Positions 10,982 to 21,016 of a DNA stretch of 64,000 nt are shown here, in pieces. The notes below the pieces were generated by a model. That model was given only the letters and a program-made list of their open reading frames with translations, made no database searches and was not told the DNA's origin. The translations under genes and the position numbers were made by a program. This DNA comes from Dyella sp. (GTDB lineage: Bacteria; Pseudomonadota; Gammaproteobacteria; Xanthomonadales; Rhodanobacteraceae): the NCBI RefSeq assembly GCF_035685805.1, contig NZ_DASSAB010000049.1, positions 1 to 64,000 on the forward strand, written 5' to 3'. Every line of letters starts with the position of its first letter. Position 1 is the stretch's first letter.

Positions 10982-11980
10982 GTGGCGCTGGCCGACACGC
11001 TGCAGGCGAGCTGGTACGGCACGCGCGGCACGCCGCTCTGGACGTATCCACTGGCGTGGCTCTACGGCGCGCTCACCGCGCTGCGTCGCGGCCTGCACCG
11101 CATCGGCTGGCTGCGCAGCACGAGGCTGGCAGTGCCGGTGGTGGTGGTGGGCAACCTCACCGCTGGTGGCACCGGCAAGACGCCGCTCACGCTGGCGCTG
11201 GTCGACGCCCTCATCGCGCGCGGCTGGCGTCCTGGGGTGGTCAGCCGCGGCTACGGCGGTACGCAGCGCGAGCCGGCGCTGCTGGACGATCAGCCCGATC
11301 CGGCCCGCTACGGCGACGAACCCTGCCTGATCCGCGCCAGTGGCGTGCCGGTGGCCGTGGGGCGCGATCGTCCCGCCGCCGCGGCGCTGCTGCTGCAGGC
11401 CGGCTGCAACATTGTGATTGCCGACGACGGGCTGCAGCACTACGCGCTGGCCCGCGACGTGGAGATCTGCGTGATCGACGGCGCGCGGCGGTTCGGCAAC
11501 GGCCGGCTGCTGCCTGCCGGCCCGCTGCGCGAGCCGCTGTCGCGCCTGCGTCATGTCGATTTTCGCGTTTGCAACGGTGAGGCGGGGCAGGGTGAGTTCG
11601 CCATGCGGCTGGCCGGCGACACGGCGGTGTCGCTCACGGATTACGTCGTGCGCCCGCTGTCCTCATTTATCGGCGAGCCGGTTCACGCCGTTGCCGCCAT
11701 TGGCCACCCCGATCGCTTTTTCGACAGCCTGCGCGCGCAGGGGCTCGACGTGACGGCACACGCCTTCGCCGACCACCACGCGTTTGTTCCCGACGACCTG
11801 GCGATCGCTGGCGACGGTCCGCTGCTGATGACCGACAAGGACGCCATCAAATGCCAGCGGTTTGCCCGGCCGGGATGGTGGCGCGTGCCCGTGCACGCCG
11901 TGCTGGACGGCGGCTTGATTGATGCCTTGTGCCAGCGGCTCGACTCGGCCGCGGCGGCGCACAGCCGGTCCATCCGCTGA
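10982..11980 (+). CDS. lpxK: Tetraacyldisaccharide 4'-kinase
   Basis: GTG start; P-loop VVVGNLTAGGTGKTP characteristic of LpxK; 332 aa; directly after msbA as in many gammaproteobacteria. Confidence 0.88.
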   Translation: MALADTLQASWYGTRGTPLWTYPLAWLYGALTALRRGLHRIGWLRSTRLAVPVVVVGNLTAGGTGKTPLTLALVDALIARGWRPGVVSRGYGGTQREPALLDDQPDPARYGDEPCLIRASGVPVAVGRDRPAAAALLLQAGCNIVIADDGLQHYALARDVEICVIDGARRFGNGRLLPAGPLREPLSRLRHVDFRVCNGEAGQGEFAMRLAGDTAVSLTDYVVRPLSSFIGEPVHAVAAIGHPDRFFDSLRAQGLDVTAHAFADHHAFVPDDLAIAGDGPLLMTDKDAIKCQRFARPGWWRVPVHAVLDGGLIDALCQRLDSAAAAHSRSIR

Positions 11981-12197
11981 GGAAACTCGCGGGAAGCCGC
12001 GCAGCAGCGGCAGGCCTGCCAGCAGAGGCCGGCCTCGACCGGCGGGACAGAAACCTCAATGCCGGTGCATTCCGCTTCGCTGCTCGGAAAGTGTGTCGGA
12101 CAGCGCGCCGACGCGGCGTGCGAGTCGCATGGTCCGGCGCCCGGCGCAGCTCGCGGACCGCAACCGCACTGCGGCCGCATGCCCCTCGTCATGCCGC

Positions 12198-12226
12198 TCG
12201 ACAAGGCTCCGAGGCCTCGCTAGAAT
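12198..12226 (+). promoter_or_regulatory. Candidate sigma70 promoter for the yerC-like/his operon: -35 TCGACA (12198-12203), 17-nt spacer, -10 TAGAAT (12221-12226)
   Basis: Hexamers read directly with canonical spacing, about 30 nt upstream of the yerC-like ATG. A perfect 10-bp palindrome TAACGCGTTA (12240-12249) sits at the predicted +1 region. Confidence 0.4.
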
Positions 12227-12256
12227 CGTCGTATTGTGTTAACGCGTTAGTACATT

Positions 12257-12592
12257 ATGAAGCGTCGCTCCGTCGATCCCGAGACACCTGCCGCGTCTGC
12301 GGAATTGAGCCTGTGCGAGGCGCTGCTGTCGCTGAAGAACGCCGGAGAGATGTCGGCGTTCCTGCACGACCTGTGCACCCCGGCGGAGCTGGAGGTGCTG
12401 GTGGATCGCTGGCGGGTGGTGCCGTATCTGCTCGACGGCGTGGCCTATCGCGAGATCCACGAGCGCACCGCGGTAAGCATCACCACCATCGGCCGCGTCG
12501 CCCGCTATCTCAACCAGGGCAGCGGCGGTTATCTGGCGGCGGCCGCGCACGGTGCGCGACGTCGTTCGGCATTGAAAAAGGACAAGGCATGA
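12257..12592 (+). CDS. YerC/YecD-family TrpR-like DNA-binding protein
   Basis: 111 aa; LSLKN..E...FL.DLCTP.E...L..R.........G..Y.EI...T..SITTIGRV.R.L..G.GGY matches the Trp_repressor/YerC fold. Its stop overlaps the hisG start (ATGA). Confidence 0.7.
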   Translation: MKRRSVDPETPAASAELSLCEALLSLKNAGEMSAFLHDLCTPAELEVLVDRWRVVPYLLDGVAYREIHERTAVSITTIGRVARYLNQGSGGYLAAAAHGARRRSALKKDKA

Positions 12593-13482
12593 AAACGCGC
12601 GACCGCCTGCGCATTGCGATGCAAAAATCCGGCCGGCTCACCGAGCCGGCACTGGACCTGCTCAACCGCTGCGGCCTGAGCTTTCGGCAGAGCCGCGACA
12701 AGCTGTTCTGCTTCGGCGAGGGTGAGCCGGTGGACCTGCTGCTGGTGCGCGACGACGACATTCCCGGGCTGATCGCGCAGGGCGTGTGCGATCTGGGCAT
12801 CGTCGGGCGCAACGTGCTCAACGAGTTCCAGCTCACGGCCGGGGTGGATGCCGCGCCGCTGCACGAGTGGCGTCCGCTGGGCTTCGGCCGCTGCCGGCTG
12901 TCGATCGCCGTGCCGCAGGAGATGGCCTACGCCGGCGCACCGGACCTGGGCGGCAAGCGCGTGGCCACGTCGTACCCGGGCCTGCTCGGCGAATGGCTGC
13001 GCTCGCACGGCGTGGATACGCAGGTGGTGACCCTGGCCGGTTCGGTCGAAATCGCGCCCAAGCTGGGCACCGCCGATGCCATCTGCGATCTGGTGCAGAG
13101 CGGCGGCACGCTGGTGGCCAACCAGCTGCGCGAGGTCGAGGTGCTGCTGGAAAGCGAGGCCGTATTGGCCGGCCCGCAAACGCTGCCGGCGGACGAGCGC
13201 GGCGACATGATCGAGCTGCTGCTCAAGCGGCTGGACGGCGTGATCCAGGTGCGCGAGTCGCGCCTGCTGCTGCTGCAGACCTCGCGCAGCACGCTGGAGG
13301 CGGTCACCCGCCTGCTGCCCGGGGGCCCGCAGCCCACGCTGCTGCCGGTGGCCGGCCAGCCCGACCAGCTGATGCTGCAGGCGCTTTGCGCGGGCGAGGT
13401 GAGCTGGCGCCAGCTGGAAGAGATCAAGAAGGCCGGTGCGCGCGAGATGTTCGTGCTGCCGGTGGAAAAGATGCTCGCCTGA
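12589..13482 (+). CDS. hisG: ATP phosphoribosyltransferase (long form)
   Basis: ~297 aa; [18 protein letters not shown]-terminus and C-terminal regulatory domain; first gene of the his operon. Confidence 0.9.
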   Translation: MKTRDRLRIAMQKSGRLTEPALDLLNRCGLSFRQSRDKLFCFGEGEPVDLLLVRDDDIPGLIAQGVCDLGIVGRNVLNEFQLTAGVDAAPLHEWRPLGFGRCRLSIAVPQEMAYAGAPDLGGKRVATSYPGLLGEWLRSHGVDTQVVTLAGSVEIAPKLGTADAICDLVQSGGTLVANQLREVEVLLESEAVLAGPQTLPADERGDMIELLLKRLDGVIQVRESRLLLLQTSRSTLEAVTRLLPGGPQPTLLPVAGQPDQLMLQALCAGEVSWRQLEEIKKAGAREMFVLPVEKMLA

Positions 13483-13504
13483 GCGAGCCCGAGGACACGA
13501 GACC

Positions 13505-14812
13505 ATGAAGCGGCTGGACTGGAATACCTTGGATCAAACGGCCCGACGCGAGGCGCTGGCGCGCCCGGCGCAGGCCCGCGCGGACGAGCTCAAGCAGGGC
13601 GTGGCGGCGATCATCGCCCAAGTGCGCGCGCACGGTGATTCGGCGCTGCGCGAACTGAGCGCGAAATACGACCGCTGCGCGCTCGACGCCATCGAGGTGA
13701 CGGCTGCCGAATTCGACGCGGCGGAGGCGGCGCTCGATGAAACCCTGAAGGCCGCGATCCGCGAAGCGGCCGGTCGCATCGAAACCTATCACCGCGCCTC
13801 GCAGCCCACCCCGGTCGGCGTGGACACCGCGCCGGGCGTGCGCGTGGAGCGCATGCTGCGTCCGATCACCCGCGTCGGCCTGTACGTACCCGCCGGCAGC
13901 GCGCCGCTGCCGTCCACCGCGCTGATGCTGGGCGTGCCCGCGGCGATCGCCGGCTGCCGCGAGGTGGCGCTGTGTTCGCCGGCACGCGCCGACGGCACCT
14001 GCGATGAGGCGGTGCTCTACGCCGCGCGCATCACCGGCGTGCACCGCGTGTTCAAGCTTGGCGGCGCGCAGGCGATTGCCGCCATGGCCTATGGCACGGC
14101 GAGCGTGCCCAAGTGCGACAAGTTGTTCGGTCCTGGCAATGCGTGGGTCACCGAGGCCAAGTTGCAGGTGTCCGGTGATCCGGACGGCGCGGCCATCGAC
14201 ATGCCGGCGGGCCCGTCCGAGGTGCTGGTGATCGCGGACGGTGAGGCGAACCCGGCCTTTGTCGCCGCCGACCTGCTTTCGCAGGCCGAGCACGGCCCGG
14301 ACTCGCAGGTGGTGCTGCTCAGCCCCTCCGCGGCGCTGCTCGACGCGGTGGCGGCGGAAGTCGATCGCCAGTGCGCCACGCTGCCGCGCAGCGAGACGGC
14401 GTTCAAAGCGCTGGCGCAGAGTCGCCTGATCGCAGTCGACTCGCTGGCCCAGGCAGTGGCGGTAAGCAATCAGTACGCACCGGAACACCTGATCATCCAG
14501 ACCGCCGAGCCGCGTGCGCTGCTCGACGGCATTGAGAGTGCCGGCTCGATCTTCCTGGGCGCCTGGACGCCGGAATCGGTCGGCGACTACTGCAGTGGTT
14601 CCAACCACGTGCTGCCCACCTACGGCTATGCGCGCAGCTACAGCGGCGTGTCGGTGGCCAGCTTCGTCAAGCAGATCAGCGTGCAGGAGGTGAGCGCCGA
14701 TGGGCTGCGCGCGATCGGTCCGTGCACGGTGACGCTGGCCGCTGCCGAGCAACTGGAGGCGCACCGCCGCGCGGTATCGATGCGGCTGGACGTGCTGGAG
14801 GGCCGCGCATGA
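13505..14812 (+). CDS. hisD: Histidinol dehydrogenase
   Basis: 435 aa; conserved HisD blocks ([24 protein letters not shown]). Confidence 0.92.
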   Translation: MKRLDWNTLDQTARREALARPAQARADELKQGVAAIIAQVRAHGDSALRELSAKYDRCALDAIEVTAAEFDAAEAALDETLKAAIREAAGRIETYHRASQPTPVGVDTAPGVRVERMLRPITRVGLYVPAGSAPLPSTALMLGVPAAIAGCREVALCSPARADGTCDEAVLYAARITGVHRVFKLGGAQAIAAMAYGTASVPKCDKLFGPGNAWVTEAKLQVSGDPDGAAIDMPAGPSEVLVIADGEANPAFVAADLLSQAEHGPDSQVVLLSPSAALLDAVAAEVDRQCATLPRSETAFKALAQSRLIAVDSLAQAVAVSNQYAPEHLIIQTAEPRALLDGIESAGSIFLGAWTPESVGDYCSGSNHVLPTYGYARSYSGVSVASFVKQISVQEVSADGLRAIGPCTVTLAAAEQLEAHRRAVSMRLDVLEGRA

Positions 14813-15870
14813 GCGTGCTCGATCTGGCGCGTGCGGAGATCCGCGCAATGCAGCCGTACTCCTCGGCGCGCATGGAGGCCAGCGGCGGGCAGATCCTGCT
14901 CAACGCGAACGAGTCGGCGTGGGCGCCGTTCGGCGAGGCCGGTGCTGGTTGCCACCGCTATCCCGATCCGCAACCGGCCGTGCTGGTCGACGCGCTGGCT
15001 GCGCTTTACGGTGTGGGCCGGGACCAGCTGCTGGTGGGCCGCGGCAGCGACGAGGCGATCGACCTGCTGGTGCGCGCGTTCTGCCGCGCCGGTGAGGACG
15101 CGATCCTGATCCAGCCGCCGACCTTCGGCATGTACGCGGTGTGCGCGCGCATCCAGAACGCGGCGGTGATCGAGGCGCCACTGGCCGCCGACTTCACGCT
15201 GGATGTCGACACCGTGCTGGCAGCAGTGACCCCGGCGGTGAAGCTGGTCTTCGTGTGTACCCCCAACAATCCGACCGGGCAGGTGATTCCGCTGGCCGCG
15301 GTGGAACGCCTGGCGCAGGCGCTCGCCGGGCGCGCGCTGCTGATCGTCGACGAGGCCTACGTCGAGTTCGCCAACGCACGCAGCATGGCGGGGCTGATCG
15401 ACCGCCATGAGCATGTCGGCATCCTGCGCACGCTCTCGAAGGCGTGGGCGCTGGCCGGAGCGCGCATCGGCACGCTCTTGGCAAACGCGGAAGTCATCGC
15501 GCTGCTGCGCCGGATCATGCCGCCGTATCCGCTGCCGTTGCCCTGCGTGGATGCGGCGCTGGCCGCGTTGTCGCCGGCCGGCCAGGCCCAGGCGCGCGGG
15601 CATATCGCTGAGATCAAGGCCGAGCGGGCGCGGATGCGCACGGCGATCGCCGCGCTGCCCGGGGTGCGCGAAGTGCTGCCGTCGCAGGCGAACTTCCTGG
15701 CGGTACGCTTCGATGACGCCGGTGCTATCTACCAGCGCTTGCTCGCCGCCGGCATCGTAGTGCGCGACGTGCGCCGCTATCCGAACCTGGGCGATGCGCT
15801 GCGCATCACCATCGGCACGGCGGAGGAAAACGCCCGCGTGCTGGACGTGCTTTCGGGAAATCCTGCATGA
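14809..15870 (+). CDS. hisC: Histidinol-phosphate aminotransferase
   Basis: ATG overlaps the hisD stop; PLP aminotransferase class II motifs ([21 protein letters not shown]). Confidence 0.9.
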   Translation: MSVLDLARAEIRAMQPYSSARMEASGGQILLNANESAWAPFGEAGAGCHRYPDPQPAVLVDALAALYGVGRDQLLVGRGSDEAIDLLVRAFCRAGEDAILIQPPTFGMYAVCARIQNAAVIEAPLAADFTLDVDTVLAAVTPAVKLVFVCTPNNPTGQVIPLAAVERLAQALAGRALLIVDEAYVEFANARSMAGLIDRHEHVGILRTLSKAWALAGARIGTLLANAEVIALLRRIMPPYPLPLPCVDAALAALSPAGQAQARGHIAEIKAERARMRTAIAALPGVREVLPSQANFLAVRFDDAGAIYQRLLAAGIVVRDVRRYPNLGDALRITIGTAEENARVLDVLSGNPA

Positions 15871-16931
15871 GCCGCAAGATCCTCTTCATCGACCGCGACG
15901 GCTGCCTGATCGTCGAGCCGCCGGACGAACAGATCGACAGCTACGAGAAGCTCGAGCTGCTGCCGGGCGTGATCGCGGCACTGCAGCGCTGCGTGGCCGC
16001 CGGCTACGAGCTGGTCATGGTCACCAACCAGGATGGCCTCGGTACCGCCAGCTTCCCGCAGGACACGTTCGACGGCCCGCACGCGCTGCTGCTGCGCATC
16101 CTCGCTTCGCAGGGCATCACGTTCCGCGAGCAGCTGATCGACCGCAGCTTTCCACATGAAGGGCTCGATACGCGCAAGCCGGGCATCGGCATGCTGCGCC
16201 ACTACCTCGCCGACGATGGCTGGAGTCGTGCGGCGTCGGCGGTGATCGGCGATCGCGAGACCGATTTGCAGCTGGCCGCCAACCTGGGCGTGCGTGGTTT
16301 GCGCGTGGGGCCGCAGGGCGAGTCGTGGGAGGCCATCGCGCACCGCCTGCTCGATGCGCCGCGCACCGCCACGGTCCAGCGCAACACGAAGGAAACCCGC
16401 ATCACGGTGAGCGTGGATCTGGATCGGGTGGCCGAGCCGAAGATCCACACCGGGCTGGGCTTCTTCGACCACATGCTCGAGCAGATCGGCAAGCACGGCG
16501 GCTTTGCGCTGGAGCTGACCTGCGACGGCGACACCCACATCGACGAGCACCACACGATGGAGGACTGCGCACTGGCACTCGGCCAGGCGCTGAAGCAGGC
16601 GCTGGGCGACAAGCGCGGCATCGGCCGCTACGGCTTCACGCTGCCGATGGACGAATCCTTCGCCAGCGCCGCGCTGGACCTGTCCGGCCGGCCGTACTTC
16701 GTGTTCGAGGGCAGCTTCCCGCGCGAGCGCGTGGGGGACATCCCGACCGAGCTGGTGCCGCACGTGTTCCGTTCGCTGTGCGAGACGCTGGGCGCCAACC
16801 TGCACCTCACGGTGAATGGCGACAACGCGCACCACATGGTCGAGGCCTGTTTCAAGGTGGTGGCGCGCACCCTGCGCCAGGCGATCCGCCGCGAAGGCAG
16901 CGAGCTGCCCAGCACCAAGGGGACGCTCTGA
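15867..16931 (+). CDS. hisB: Bifunctional histidinol-phosphatase / imidazoleglycerol-phosphate dehydratase
   Basis: 354 aa; HAD N-domain (FIDRDGCLI) plus IGPD domain with HHxxE metal motifs; overlaps the hisC stop. Confidence 0.9.
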   Translation: MSRKILFIDRDGCLIVEPPDEQIDSYEKLELLPGVIAALQRCVAAGYELVMVTNQDGLGTASFPQDTFDGPHALLLRILASQGITFREQLIDRSFPHEGLDTRKPGIGMLRHYLADDGWSRAASAVIGDRETDLQLAANLGVRGLRVGPQGESWEAIAHRLLDAPRTATVQRNTKETRITVSVDLDRVAEPKIHTGLGFFDHMLEQIGKHGGFALELTCDGDTHIDEHHTMEDCALALGQALKQALGDKRGIGRYGFTLPMDESFASAALDLSGRPYFVFEGSFPRERVGDIPTELVPHVFRSLCETLGANLHLTVNGDNAHHMVEACFKVVARTLRQAIRREGSELPSTKGTL

Positions 16932-17521
16932 TGGCCGTGGTGCTGGTCGATGCGGGCGGTACGAACATCGGCTCGGTGCGCTATGCGCTGCAGCGCCTCG
17001 GCGTGGAGGCGGCGCTCACCGCCGATCCGGACGCGATCCGCGGTGCCGACAAGGTGATCCTGCCCGGCGTGGGCGCGGCCGGTCCGGGCATGGCCCGTTT
17101 GCGCGAGCTGGGCCTGGTCGAGCTGATGCGTTCGCTGACCCAGCCGGTGCTGGGCGTATGCCTGGGCATGCAGCTGCTGTGCGCGCATTCGGAAGAGGGC
17201 GACACCGAGTGCTTGGGCGTCATCGATGCCCGGGTGCGCCGCTTCCGCGAGGCACCGGGCCTGCGCGTGCCGCACATGGGGTGGAACGCGCTGGCGCCGG
17301 TGCGCCCTCATCCGTTGCTGGCCGGACTGGTTGCAGGCGAGCAAGCCTATTTCGTGCACAGCTATGCGGTGCCGGTCGGCGACTACACGCTGGCCACGGC
17401 GGATTTCGGTGGCCCGTTCTCGGCGGTGATCACCCGCGGCAATTTCCACGGGATGCAGTTCCATCCCGAACGCTCTGCCGCGGTCGGCGCCAGACTTCTC
17501 AGGAATTTTCTCAGCCTATGA
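16931..17521 (+). CDS. hisH: Imidazole glycerol phosphate synthase glutaminase subunit
   Basis: 196 aa class-I glutamine amidotransferase (GVCLGMQLL catalytic Cys, HSY). Confidence 0.9.
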   Translation: MAVVLVDAGGTNIGSVRYALQRLGVEAALTADPDAIRGADKVILPGVGAAGPGMARLRELGLVELMRSLTQPVLGVCLGMQLLCAHSEEGDTECLGVIDARVRRFREAPGLRVPHMGWNALAPVRPHPLLAGLVAGEQAYFVHSYAVPVGDYTLATADFGGPFSAVITRGNFHGMQFHPERSAAVGARLLRNFLSL

Positions 17522-18246
17522 GCTTCGACATCATTCCCGCGATCGACCTTCGCGATGGCCGCGTGGTCCGCCTGCGCCAGGGCGATTATGCGCAGCAGAC
17601 CACCTACTCGAACGATCCGGCGGAGCTGGCCCGGCGTTATCTGCACGAGGGCGCGTCCTGGCTGCACGTAGTGGATCTGGACGGTGCGCGCTCCGGCCAG
17701 ATCGCGAACCTGGCGGTGATCCGGGCGATGGCGGCCGACGGCCTGCGGGTGCAGGCCGGTGGGGGTGTGCGCGATGAAGACGACCTGCGGCGGCTGTTCG
17801 ATGTGGGGGTGCAGCGGGTGGTGCTGGGCAGCATCGCCATCGGCGATCCCGACACGGTTGCGGCATGGCTCGATACCTATGGCCCGGAGCGCCTTACGAT
17901 CGCGCTCGACACCCGCCGCGTCGACGGCCGCTGGTCACTGCCCAGTGCCGGCTGGACCGAAACCGGCGCACGCACCCTGGACGAGCTCGCGCCGTGGTAC
18001 GCGCAGCGCGGTGCACGCCATCTGCTGTGCACCGATATCGAACGCGACGGAATGCTGGCGGGCTTCAACCTTGAGCTCTATCGCCACCTGGCGGACATTG
18101 CGCCGGAATTGACCGTGCAGGCCTCCGGCGGCGTGCGCTCGCTGGCGGACATCCGCGCCGTGCGCGACGTCGGCGCCGGCGGCGTGATCCTGGGTCGGGC
18201 GCTGCTGGAGGGCCGCTTTGCGCTCGAAGAGGCGCTCGCATGCTGA
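17518..18246 (+). CDS. hisA: ProFAR isomerase
   Basis: [20 protein letters not shown]-terminus; 242 aa TIM barrel; overlaps the hisH stop. Confidence 0.9.
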   Translation: MSFDIIPAIDLRDGRVVRLRQGDYAQQTTYSNDPAELARRYLHEGASWLHVVDLDGARSGQIANLAVIRAMAADGLRVQAGGGVRDEDDLRRLFDVGVQRVVLGSIAIGDPDTVAAWLDTYGPERLTIALDTRRVDGRWSLPSAGWTETGARTLDELAPWYAQRGARHLLCTDIERDGMLAGFNLELYRHLADIAPELTVQASGGVRSLADIRAVRDVGAGGVILGRALLEGRFALEEALAC

Positions 18247-19025
18247 GTCGCCGCATCATTCCATGCCTGGACGTGCGCGACGGCCAGGTGGTCAAGGGCG
18301 TGCGCTTCCGCGACCACGTCGTGATGGGCGAGATCGTCGACCTCGCACTGCGCTACCGCGACGAGGGCGCCGACGAGCTGGTCTTCTACGACATCACCGC
18401 CAGCCCCGAGGGGCGCAGCGTGGACCGCACCTGGGTGGAGCGCGTGGCGCGGGTAATCGACATTCCGTTCTGCGTGGCCGGCGGCATCCGCTCGGTGGAG
18501 GAGGCGCGCGCCGTGCTGCATGCCGGCGCCGACAAGATCTCTGTGAACTCGCCCGCGCTGGAACGTCCCGAACTGATCGACGAACTCGCGCAGGCCTTCG
18601 GCGTGCAGTGCGTGGTGGTCGGCATCGATTCACTGCGCGACGCCGACGGCCAGTGGCGCGTGCGCCAGTACACGGGCGATCCGGACAAGACCCAGGCGCT
18701 GTCGCGCGGCACGCTCGACTGGATGGTCGAGGCGCAGCGTCGCGGTGCCGGCGAGATCGTGCTCAACTGCATGGGCAGCGATGGCGTGCGCGAGGGCTAC
18801 GATCTGGAGCAACTGCGTGCCGCTCGGGCGCTCTGCCACGTGCCGCTGGTCGCCTCCGGCGGTGCCGGGGCGGCGGAACATTTCCGTGAAGCATTCACCC
18901 AGGCCGATGTGGACGGTGCGCTGGCCGCCAGCGTTTTCCATGCCGGCACCATCGCGATTCCCCAGCTGAAGCAGTACCTGGCCGGGCAGGGCGTGGCGGT
19001 CCGGCCTGCGGACCCTGCCGCGTAA
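18240..19025 (+). CDS. hisF: Imidazole glycerol phosphate synthase cyclase subunit
   Basis: [23 protein letters not shown] is the canonical HisF N-terminus; 261 aa. Confidence 0.92.
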   Translation: MLSRRIIPCLDVRDGQVVKGVRFRDHVVMGEIVDLALRYRDEGADELVFYDITASPEGRSVDRTWVERVARVIDIPFCVAGGIRSVEEARAVLHAGADKISVNSPALERPELIDELAQAFGVQCVVVGIDSLRDADGQWRVRQYTGDPDKTQALSRGTLDWMVEAQRRGAGEIVLNCMGSDGVREGYDLEQLRAARALCHVPLVASGGAGAAEHFREAFTQADVDGALAASVFHAGTIAIPQLKQYLAGQGVAVRPADPAA

Positions 19026-19093
19026 CGCAGGCCAACGTCCGGGGCTGTCGCGACACCGCGCGCCTCCATTCCATCGTCCAGAAGAGTTTCCTC

Positions 19094-19720
19094 ATGACCG
19101 AGCCCCAGAACCCGCTGTCCCGCCTCGACTGGGCCAAGGGCGACGGCCTCTTGCCCGCCATCGTGCAGCACGCACTCAGCGGCGAAGTGCTGATGCTGGG
19201 ATACATGAATGCGGCGGCGCTGGAGGCGACACGGCAGACCGGCCACGTCACTTTCTTCAGTCGCTCCAAGCAGCGGCTGTGGACCAAGGGCGAGAGCTCC
19301 GGCCACGTGCTGGCGGTGCAGTCGATTCGTGCCGATTGCGACGCGGACACGCTGCTGGTGGGTGCGCTGCCCCACGGCCCAACCTGCCATACCGGCACCT
19401 CGAGCTGCTTCGGTACCGACGTCGTCCCGCCGCTCGGCTTTCTGGGCGAGCTGGATGCGCTGGTGGCGCAACGTCATGCCGAGCGTCCCGAGGGCAGCTA
19501 CACCACGCGCCTGTTCGAGGGCGACATCCGCCGCATTGCGCAGAAAGTCGGCGAGGAAGGGGTCGAGACCGCGCTTGCGGCGGTGGTGCAAGGCGACGAA
19601 GAGCTGCTGGGCGAAGCCGCAGACCTGATCTTTCATCTCATCGTCGCGCTGCGCGCGCGCGGGCTGTCCTTGCGCGAGGTAGCCGACGTGCTGTCCGCCC
19701 GGCACGCCGCCCGCCAGTGA
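19094..19720 (+). CDS. hisI: Bifunctional phosphoribosyl-AMP cyclohydrolase / phosphoribosyl-ATP pyrophosphatase
   Basis: 208 aa; HisI domain ([11 protein letters not shown]) followed by HisE domain. Confidence 0.88.
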   Translation: MTEPQNPLSRLDWAKGDGLLPAIVQHALSGEVLMLGYMNAAALEATRQTGHVTFFSRSKQRLWTKGESSGHVLAVQSIRADCDADTLLVGALPHGPTCHTGTSSCFGTDVVPPLGFLGELDALVAQRHAERPEGSYTTRLFEGDIRRIAQKVGEEGVETALAAVVQGDEELLGEAADLIFHLIVALRARGLSLREVADVLSARHAARQ

Positions 19721-19918
19721 CTGCGCCAAGCAGGCCACCCGCCTGTTGGGCGATTGCCCGCAGTCCTAGTTTCACGGCGTAGCGGCGGGCGCCACTCCGG
19801 TGTGGTGGCGGCGGGGAACCTGACTGCCCGAGCGGCCCGAGGGAGCCGGGTATGTGCTGCGGATTCGCTGCCGTTGCCGCATACTCGCCCCTGGGGTGGG
19901 GGAACTCCTGAAAGCGCG

Positions 19919-19932
19919 GTTCACGTGAACCC
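19919..19932. promoter_or_regulatory. Perfect 14-bp palindrome GGTTCACGTGAACC in the 570-bp intergenic region upstream of the NfeD/flotillin operon
   Basis: Read directly; dyad symmetry typical of a dimeric transcription-factor site, ~360 bp upstream of the 20291 start. Confidence 0.3.
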
Positions 19933-20290
19933 GAGACAGCGTTTTTGAACGGGCGAACCCACGTGTTCTGCGCCTTGTGCAGGCCTGACGGCGAGACGTG
20001 GAAGCGTCTGCCGCAGCCGGCCAGCGGCGCTGCCGGGGCGACGTCCGAGACGGCGCTCCGCATGGCAGGGAAGACCGCATTGAAGCCAACGATGGCGTCT
20101 GAAGTCCTCAACCGCGTGGTGTTGGCCGCGGTGGTGTCCGACGGCTCGCGCAGCGCGTCTGGAGGCTCCTCGCCGCACTCTCTTGCCGCCAGTGCCCGGC
20201 TCGCCTTCACGAGCCGCATCGGCTCGGCACGCCTGCCTGCACCCTTGGCGCAGCCGTTTGCCCGGCCAGTCGTTGCACCGGTTGCCCGTC

Positions 20291-20956
20291 ATGCATGAGT
20301 TCCTCCAGACCTGTCTCACCTTCCCGACCGTGGTCTACAGCGTGCTGCTGGCGTTCTGCGTGGTGTACTGGCTGCTGGCCATGACCGGCCTTTTTCATGT
20401 CGACGCAATGGACGGCCTGCTGCTGGGGGACGCTCACGCTGCGCACGGCATGCCCGGGCATTCGGACGGGGTCGATTCGGTAGCCACCGCAGGCGTGCTC
20501 GCCAGGCTCGGGCTCGCCCGGGTGCCGATCATGATCGTGCTGACCGCGCTTTCCTTTTTTTGCTGGCTGGGCACGTACTTCGTGCACCTGGCGCTGCTGG
20601 GGCATCTGTCCCAAGGTTTACGCGTACTGGCCGGCATCGGAACCCTGCTTGCGGTGCTGGTACCCGGCGCGCTGCTGACCTCGTTGCTGCTGCGGCCGCT
20701 CAGCCGCTGGCTGGCCAGGCTGCAGTTCTCTGCCAACGCATCGATCATCGGCCGCGTGGGCACGGTGATCTCGCCCCAGGTGGACGCGCAAGGCGGGCGT
20801 GCGGCGTTCGACGACGGCGGCGCCGGCCTCATCCTGCAGGTGCGGTCGTCTGCCGGCGAAACGCTGGCGCGCGGCGAACGCGTGGTGTTGCTGTCGCATG
20901 ACGCCCAGGCGCACACCCACGCCGTGATTTCCGAAGCCGAATTCAACCAGCGCTGA
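20291..20956 (+). CDS. NfeD-like / YqiJ-like inner-membrane protein (TM helices plus C-terminal OB-fold beta-barrel)
   Basis: 221 aa from ATG 20291 (an alternative in-frame start at 20183 exists). Several hydrophobic helices, then IIGRVGTVISPQVDAQGGRAAFDDGGAGLILQVRSSAGETLARGERVVLL resembling the NfeD C-terminal OB-fold. Sits 5' of a flotillin gene as in yqiJ-yqiK and yuaF-floT. Confidence 0.5.
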   Translation: MHEFLQTCLTFPTVVYSVLLAFCVVYWLLAMTGLFHVDAMDGLLLGDAHAAHGMPGHSDGVDSVATAGVLARLGLARVPIMIVLTALSFFCWLGTYFVHLALLGHLSQGLRVLAGIGTLLAVLVPGALLTSLLLRPLSRWLARLQFSANASIIGRVGTVISPQVDAQGGRAAFDDGGAGLILQVRSSAGETLARGERVVLLSHDAQAHTHAVISEAEFNQR

Positions 20957-21016
20957 CCTGTCCAAACGGCCGGGCGCAGTAGCCACGGCACAACGATTCC
21001 CGCAAAGGAGCAACCC

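Noticed and set aside
19945-20298. 117-aa plus-strand ORF in the his/NfeD intergenic region
   Set aside because: No RBS, Ala/Ser/Arg-rich low complexity, ends where the NfeD-like gene begins; more likely 5' UTR or regulatory DNA.
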